Source: Octopus vulgaris
Taxonomy: Eukaryota
DNA: 64,000 nt
Direction of reading: 5' to 3'
Assembly (NCBI GenBank): GCA_951406725.2
Contig: OX597817.1
Location: 153,140,001 to 153,204,000 of the forward strand
Positions 53,380 through 64,000 of this stretch are shown one piece after another. The notes beneath the pieces are model-generated. The model did no database searches and was not told where the DNA came from. It saw only the letters and a list, made by a program, of their open reading frames with translations. The stretch's first letter is position 1. Each line of letters starts with the position of its first letter. The translations under genes were made by a program, and so were the position numbers.

Positions 53380-53620
53380 AGTATAGGTCGTCAGTTCAAT
53401 TCCCGGCGTCGCGTCCTGTCCTTGAGCAAGACACTTTAATTCATGTTGCTCCAGTACACTCAGCTGGCAAAAATGAGTTGTACCTGTATTTCAAAAGGCC
53501 GGCCTTGTCACACTCTGTGTCACGCTGAATCTCCCTGTGAACTACGATAATGGTACACATGTCTGTGGAGTGCTCAGCCACCTGCACGCTAAGACCACGA
53601 GCAAGCTGTTCCGTTGATCG
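53380..53620 (+). mobile_element. Uninterrupted SINE family C (5'-clipped)
   Basis: agttcaattccc...ccttgagcaagacacttt...cagctggcaaaaatgagttgtacc. Confidence 0.82.
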
Positions 53621-54229
53621 TAACTGAGAGAGTGCTCTTTATATGGGCAAGTAATATATATTTAGTTAATCTTTCCTCTGTTGACAATTCTTGAACAATT
53701 GAATAACTATGTATTATATAATATCTATTCAAATGATTGGACAGATTAATGATAAACTGTGTTTTATTTATTCTTTGTGGTGTGTTATTTTTCCTATATT
53801 TTTATCTTTTACTTATTTCATTATTATCTCCCAGCAACACATACAGAGTTACACAGACACAGAGTCACACAGACACACATGTGTATGTATATACGCGTTT
53901 GTGTGTGTATGTATGTAAGTATATGTATACATATAACGCACACTCACAATGGTGTATTTTAACGTTTGATTGAGTATTTATTACGCCCTATTAGTAACAC
54001 TTGCTGAACTATAGGTAACCTCAGAAAACATTTTATCAACTTAGCTTCGATGTGACACATTAACCGAGTACACACGCAACCATTCCTCAAATAACATACA
54101 TCAATGTACGATGTAATTGTTCGACTATTTACGCCCACAACACACATACCACACTCTTTCTCACTCGCACTTACAGACACGATATAGAGTCCTTGCACAT
54201 TGTACATTTATATGTGTATGTTATATGTA

Positions 54230-54294
<65 letters not shown>

Positions 54295-54330
54295 TTATAT
54301 GTATATCTATAGCTATATACATACATATAT

Positions 54331-56970
<2,640 letters not shown>

Positions 56971-57008
56971 TAATACTATTAGAGTCTTTTATACATTTAA
57001 TACGAGCG

Positions 57009-57049
<41 letters not shown>

Positions 57050-57472
57050 ACAAGTGATTGTATACATATTGATTTGTGTAGTCCCTCTCTATCACGCTTT
57101 CCTTCTTCTTTCCCTCCTCTGTCTCTTACCATTCTCCTTTCTCTATCTTTTTTTTTTAAATCACTTCGACTTTGAACTGGTTGATAATTCAACCTGAAAC
57201 ACTGTGTCTCGCCAACAGGTAATAAATAGCAGGGCCTAGTCATAAAACATTATTATGGCACAGTTTGTTCAGTGTATTTAGTGATGTTCTTTGTGAAAAT
57301 CCCTTTGGGATGGGATAAGGGTCAACAAAGTTACATTTTTTTCTTTTATATTTCCAGGTTAGACGAAATAAATACCTGTAAGGTACAAACTTCTATAGAA
57401 TCGCCTATGCATGGGCTTGTGCTAATGTTATATATCGTTTCTTTGTATTACGTTTTGAAACATATACAATGA

Positions 57473-57886
57473 GGCGCAGGAGTGGCTGTGTGGTAAGTAG
57501 ATTGCTTACGAACCACATGGTTCCGGGTTCAGTCCCACTGCGTGGCATTTTGGGCAACTGTGTTCTACTATAGCCTTGGGCCGACCAAAGCCTTGTGAGT
57601 GGATTTGGTAGACGGAAACTGAAAGAACCCCGTCGTATATATGTATATATATGTATAAATATATAAGTATGTGTGTGTATATGTTTGTGTCTGTGTTTGT
57701 CCCCCCAACATCGCTTGACAACCGATGGTGGTGTGTTTACGTCCCCGTAACTTAGCAGTTCGGCAAAAGAGAACCGATAGAATAAGTACTAGGCTTACAA
57801 ATAATAAGTCCTGGGGTCAATTTGCTCGACTAAAGGCGGTGCTCTAGCATGGCCGCAGTCAAATGACTGAAACAAGTAAAAGAGTA
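57473..57886 (+). mobile_element. SINE family A, full length
   Basis: Homology to 4775-5196. Confidence 0.93.
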
Positions 57887-58435
57887 TGATTTAAACTAGA
57901 AGCGTCCTACATTTATCTCCTTGCTATATTATCAGTGTATCAGATTCTTAAATGGCTTGTGTATCCTACTTTATCTGTAATCTAATTTGTCCCCCGCTTT
58001 AAAACTACAACGTGGCTCTTTGGTGTCTTTATCGAAGGCTACTTTGTTTCAAGTACTCGAACTAGAATTAGCCCATGAGTTGTGTTTTCTTTCCCATTCA
58101 GTCTCGGAGAAAATCCATGGGGTCTGTGTTTTTCTTTGAATAAGCCATAAAATGGAGTATAGTGCTCCGTGTCCTGTAAACAAGAGAGTTACATATAATA
58201 TTGAAATATTATATGTAACTCTCAAATGGTTCAAATGTTCAGGTTACTTATAACTTTATTCAAAAGTGGTTTTATAGTTTGTAGTATTGGTTTCAATAAG
58301 GGCATGAAACTTACTGCAACCACAATGGTGAGACCGTGGTTTCGATTCCCAGAGCGTGCACCGCGTTGTGATCTCGAGTAAAGCACTCCATCACACGTTG
58401 CTCTGTGATTTTTTCGATATCTGACACGTGACAGA

Positions 58436-59190
58436 AAGGTTGGCAGAAACGTTAGCACGCCGGGCGAAATGCTTAGCGGTATTTCGTCTACCGTTATGTT
58501 CTGAGTTCAAATTCCGCCGAGGTCGCCTTTACCTTTCATCCTTTCGGGGTCGATTAAATAAGTACCAGTTACGCACTGGGGTCGATATAATCGACTTAAA
58601 CCCTTTGTCTGTCCTTGTTTGTCTTCTCTGTGTTTAGCCCCTTGTGGGTAGTAAAGAAATAGGTATTTCGTCTGCCGTTACGTTCTGAGTTCAAATTCCG
58701 CCGAGGTCGACTTTGCCTTTCATCCTTTCGGGGTCGATTAAATAAGTACCAGTTGCGCACTGGGGTCGATATAATCGCCTTAAACCCTTTGTCTGTCCTT
58801 GTTTGTCTTCTCTGTGTTTAGCCCCTTGTGGGTAGTAAAGAAATAGGTATTTCGTCTGCCGTTACGTTCTGAGTTCAAATTCCGCCGAGGTCGACTTTGC
58901 CTTTCATCCTTTCGGGGTCGATTAAATAAGTACCAGTTGCGCACTGGGGTCGATATAATCGACTTAAACCCTTTGTCTGTCCTTGTTTGTCTTCTCCGTG
59001 TTTAGCCCCTTGTGGGTAGTAAAGAAATAGGTATTTCGTCTGCCGTTACGTTCTGGGTTCAAATTCCGCCGAGGTCGACTTTGCCTTTCATCCTTTCGGG
59101 GTCGCACTGGGGTCGATGTAATCGACTTAATCCCTTTGTCTGTTCTTGTTTGTCCCCACTGTGTTTAGCTCCTTGTGGGCAATAAAAAAT
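58436..59190 (+). mobile_element. SINE family D tetramer: one head plus four units at 184-bp spacing
   Basis: ggtatttcgtc starts at 58478, 58662, 58846 and 59030; the last unit is internally deleted. Confidence 0.93.
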
Positions 59191-59504
59191 GAGAAGTAAC
59201 AAACGTGACACTCCATGTACTTTCAGAGGCAATTTCTCTGCATGTATAATTTTAAATGCATAAATACACACAGTTGATATATAATATATGTGTATACATG
59301 CATAAATATCTATAAATAAATAAATACAGACGAGTTCATAAAAATAAATGTGTAACAGCGCATACCAGCATGCATATAAATTCAGTCGAGTGTTAAAATT
59401 ATATGTTCATAAATAATTGTGTTTATATTTGTGTATATATCTTGGTATGTGCATTTCCACGAATACATGCGCGAGTGGCTCTAATGTATATACAAGAGTG
59501 TTTC

Positions 59505-59520
59505 CATATCTATCTGTCTA

Positions 59521-59595
<75 letters not shown>

Positions 59596-59652
59596 ATGCC
59601 TGTCTGTCTATGATTGTCTGTCCGTCTGTTTGTCACTCCAATCCTTTACCTG

Positions 59653-59685
<33 letters not shown>

Positions 59686-59725
59686 CAATCAGTCGATCAA
59701 TCAATCAATATAACTAATCTATGTA

Positions 59726-59766
<41 letters not shown>

Positions 59767-59828
59767 CTGTCTGTATGTATGTCTAATTCTCAGTCTGTTT
59801 AATTATCTGTCTATGTTAGTCTGTATGC

Positions 59829-59898
<70 letters not shown>

Positions 59899-59927
59899 CT
59901 ATATATCTATCTATCTATCTATCTATA

Positions 59928-59983
<56 letters not shown>

Positions 59984-60000
59984 CATCCATCCATCCATCC

Positions 60001-60065
<65 letters not shown>

Positions 60066-60135
60066 CCTATCTATCTACCTATCTTTCTATCTATTCATCT
60101 ATCTATCTATTTATCTACATCCCTATCTATCTATT
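59505..60135. repeat. (TATC)n/(TCAA)n/(CT)n microsatellites
   Basis: Visible. Confidence 0.93.
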
Positions 60136-60697
60136 TACATCGCTTTTCCATATTTTCCTTTTCCAATGGCGGTAACTCTCAACTATGCTATTTCACCAGC
60201 ACGTCCTTCATTCATTTCCTCTGCGTCTCTGTTCTACCCGTTTTCTCTCAACCCCTCTCTACATACATCTGTTCCTTTCGACTGCTCTATCCCACGCCTC
60301 TCTTGTCTTGTTTCTCCATTTAATTTTTATATTCTTTTATCGTGTTCAAGTGAAAATTTTCCGACTTGCTTCTCCTTTATTTTCCTCGCTCTTCATCTCG
60401 CCCATCAGATATTTCTCTTTCATTTTCTTCCTCATCTTCTCGATATATATGTCTGTCTCTCCGCCGCCTGGGTTTGACCTTCATCTACACCTAGCAAAAT
60501 GTCAAAACACTTGTCTACCTTTATTCCAGTTCACATCCCTCAAACACTAACGTATCGACATTACACACACACAAACACACAAACACACACAGACAAACAC
60601 AAGCATCCATTTATCCATCCATCCATTCATTCGTACATGCATTCATACATACACACACACATACACATGCATACACACACACATTGTGAACAAACGG

Positions 60698-61277
60698 ATC
60701 AACGATGCTACCAATGGTTTTATGAGGAAAAAATTTCCACGATTTTCCGGCGGTCTACTTAAGATTGCTCGTAATCGCCTCAATTTTAGATGAAAATTTG
60801 AGAATTCACTAGGTTCTCTTTTACTCTTTTACTCTTTTACTTGTTTCAGTCATTTGACTGCGGCCATGCTGGAGCACCGCCTTTAGTCGAGCAAATCGAC
60901 CCCGGGACTTATTCTTTGTAAGCCCAGTACTTATTCTATCGGTCTCTTTTGCCGAACCGCTAGGTGACGGGGACGTAAACACACCAGCATCGGTTGTCAG
61001 GCAATGCTAGAGGGACAAACACAGACACACAAACATATACATACACATACATACATATATATACATATATAAGACAGGCTTCTTTCAGTTTACGTCAACC
61101 AAATTAACTCACAAGGCTTTAGTCGGCCCGAGGCTATAGCAGAAGACACTTGCCCAAGATGCCACGCAGTGGGACTGAACCCAGAACCATGTGGTTGGTA
61201 GGCAAGCTACTTACCACACAGCCACTCCTGCGCCTTGGAAATTTTTTCTGCAGGAAATCATTGGTAGAATAGTTAAT
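60698..61277. mobile_element. MITE-like element with ~42-bp imperfect TIRs, interrupted by a SINE A
   Basis: ctaccaatggttttatgaggaaaaaatttcca versus tggaaattttttctgcaggaaatcattggtag. Confidence 0.6.
60816..61234 (-). mobile_element. SINE family A, full length
   Basis: Reverse complement of 4775-5196. Confidence 0.93.
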
Positions 61278-61394
61278 CCTTAAATAAAGGATATTTATCC
61301 ACCAAATCAGGTGTAGAACTCTTACTCCACCTCTCTTATATTATCGTATGTATACCCCCCCAAAAAAAACACACATATACATATACTTATACAT

Positions 61395-61575
61395 AGAAGA
61401 ATACAGTGTACGTTCAAACACAAAAGAGATACCCTAAGAATAGGATATCTGACTCGCTAGAAAAAGCAGTTAAAACTCCGAGCCACAACTGCTCTTTTAA
61501 CTGTTCTTTCCAGCGAGTCAGATATCCTATTCTTCGGGTATCTCTTTTGTGTCTGAAAGTACACTCTATTCTTCT
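61395..61575. repeat. Long hairpin (~80-bp arms, ~20-nt loop)
   Basis: acacaaaagagataccctaagaataggatatctgactcgct versus agcgagtcagatatcctattcttcgggtatctcttttgtgt. Confidence 0.88.
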
Positions 61576-61711
61576 TTGACTAATTTTTTTCTTTCTCGCT
61601 AGACCACTGGTAACTAAGAATTTTTCTATGAATATTCTTGCTACTCTAAGATTCATACATATACATATATATATATATGTAAGTATGTATATATATATAT
61701 ATATGTGTATA

Positions 61712-61790
<79 letters not shown>

Positions 61791-62539
61791 ATATTATTTA
61801 CATTATTAAATGATTGAACGCCACGCATCCACTTCCCAGTGAGTTTTATCGTAATAATTTCGATGCGACTCTTATTGTTCTATTACTATTACTATTACTA
61901 TCTCTATTCTTATTTCTCTTTCTTTTTCTCCTTTTGTTTCCTCTTTCTTCCTTTCTGTAATTCTTTTTATCTCCCCTTCTCCACCTTTCGTTTTTTCTCT
62001 ATCATCCTTTCATTAATTCTTTTCCTCTCCCCTTCGCCGTTCTCTATCTGTCACTCTCTCTCCCTCACTCTTCCTCTTTTGCACTCTCGTTGCTCGCACG
62101 TGACCATCGGCTATATTTCTTTTCCTAACTTGAGTTTGTTTCCTTACGATCAGCGGCAGGGATCAGACGCATTCTTGTCTGTCTCTTGTCAAAGCTTGTA
62201 CCTTCAGCGTTCACACCTCCTCTCGTTATGGCTTAGCAGGCCTTCCTGTTTGTTTCCCTGTCCTACTTTTGTTACTAACCTTGATCCTCCGCAGAAGCCA
62301 AATTTTATTTAATTTGGTTTTGGGAGCCACTGTTTAGTCGAAGGGGTACCTTGTCGTGAATCGCTTGAAATACGGAGGAGAAAAACAGTCGACAACTGAT
62401 GAAAGGTCGTTCTTTATGTTGCTTGTCTTGTTTTCCATTTGTTTCTTTCGTTGTTCATGTTGTTTATGTTCTATGACATCCTGTACCCATATATGCATAT
62501 GTATATACATGTATATGTATGTATGTGCATATATGTATG

Positions 62540-62590
<51 letters not shown>

Positions 62591-62640
62591 GTATATATAT
62601 GTATGTATACATATATAAATAAGTTTTATCTATCTGTCTG

Positions 62641-62701
<61 letters not shown>

Positions 62702-62719
62702 ATATATATATATATATAT

Positions 62720-62935
62720 ATTGTATTTCGGGAGTGTCATTTTGCTTTTGCCAAAAAAACGAACGCACTATATATTCGTTCTTCACTATTCTTATTCTAA
62801 CTTATCTCCATTCTCCGGGAAACTTTCGCCACACATCTGTGACCTCTTCAGTGACACTTTGCGTCTTCGTTTGTGCATCTGCTCTGCTTATTCAATTCTG
62901 TTTTTCTTATATGCACTAGCCTTTGTGTATTTGTG
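62720..62935 (-). repeat. Dispersed repeat homologous to about 9510-9745 (+), with a hammerhead-like core
   Basis: Shared gtcaca g.tg tgtg.c stem and gaatatatagtg...ttggcaa...caaaatgac...ccgaaat. Confidence 0.7.
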
Positions 62936-63213
62936 TGTGTGTGTGTGTGTGTACATGTGTGTATATGTATGAGTGTCATGTTCTTAATAGCACTATGATC
63001 CTCCAAACAGTGCCGTCTCCGCACCACCTCCGCTCCGTTGTCGCTGCTGCTGCCCTTAGACCCAACTTTTGGTAACGTTCCTGTATCTCAGAGTATCTCA
63101 CCTGTCAAAAAAGAAAAGAAAAGACCGTTCCGAAATACAATATCTGTTTCAACGCACAGTTTGACATCGGGAATCTTACAACACAGATTCATAAACAAAT
63201 ATGTATATGTCTG

Positions 63214-63297
<84 letters not shown>

Positions 63298-63305
63298 CCT
63301 ACCTA

Positions 63306-63422
<117 letters not shown>

Positions 63423-63719
63423 GATTCAGCTGAATTAGGTACTTAAATTGAGGCATCTTGCTCGGTCGGTATAATCGGTATAATCCGCAGACCCAAACAA
63501 TATTAACTAAATATTGAATATCAAGGCCCCGTGCAGGGATGTTTGTACCTCATATTCCAGTCTTGTGTGCAATCAACGCAAACCACCTAAGTGAAGATAT
63601 GTGTTCTTGGTAATTCAGACATAACTTTTATAATTGTACTTCCTCTAGTATTTCCGAAGTGCAGATTCAAGTTAGGCGAACAGAATATGAATGAATAACA
63701 AAGATGTACAGGTGTCAAT

Positions 63720-63925
63720 TCAAACAGGGACTGCCAGCAGCCACCCTCTTGACCTAGGGCAGCACTATCTTCTCCAGGCACTTGATGTAGGCCTCCGTGT
63801 TGAGTTTGAGGCCGTGTGGCAAGATGAATGGAGGCATAACGTCGCCATCGATAGTCATCAATCCAAACACCATGATGTTGACTGGATGTTTGATTTTTAT
63901 CACTCTCGGTACATGTCCTCAAATT
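63720..63925 (-). mobile_element. Tc1/mariner-superfamily transposase fragment
   Basis: KIKHPVNIMVFGLMTIDGDVMPPFILPHGLKLNTEAYIKCLEKIVLP*VKRVAAG; related to 44280-44400. Confidence 0.78.
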
Positions 63926-64000
63926 GACACCTAAACACACTTGAATGTTCGTAATAGAGCTTCCGGCACGAATGCCAAACTGTACAGCATGTCGTTTCCA

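Noticed and set aside
54033-54096. Further hammerhead candidates (minus strand here; also about 46488-46550, 52320-52365, 57290-57330)
   Set aside because: Core mismatches and weak stems; indistinguishable from chance without homologues.
58478-58661. Known self-cleaving ribozyme in the 184-bp unit
   Set aside because: No CUGANGA/GAAA hammerhead arrangement on either strand; I could not recognise an HDV or twister fold by eye.

Overview
Eukaryotic, AT-rich, repeat-saturated DNA with no recognisable host protein-coding gene. The repeat complement (several tRNA-headed SINE families, dense microsatellites, RTE, CR1, R4/Dong, Penelope, mariner, Helitron) resembles an octopus/coleoid cephalopod genome; this is inference from recalled repeat families. 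Almost all ORFs in the track are translations of microsatellites. Real coding remnants are a young 5'-truncated RTE LINE (about 15400-17450), a CR1-group LINE, TAA-targeted R4/Dong-like LINEs, a Penelope GIY-YIG remnant and several Tc1/mariner transposase fragments. The most notable signals are: (1) several minimal type I hammerhead-ribozyme motifs; (2) two independent insertions of one SINE into the same ~22-nt motif of another SINE, which is also where SINE tails are swapped; (3) head-less 184-bp SINE multimers with an identical hairpin junction at three loci; (4) a TAA-associated non-coding element whose 5' 23-mer is reiterated 13 times; (5) a spacer-less 2.64-kb palindrome. SINE family names A-D are my own working labels. 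Coordinates were counted by eye and may be off by a few bases.
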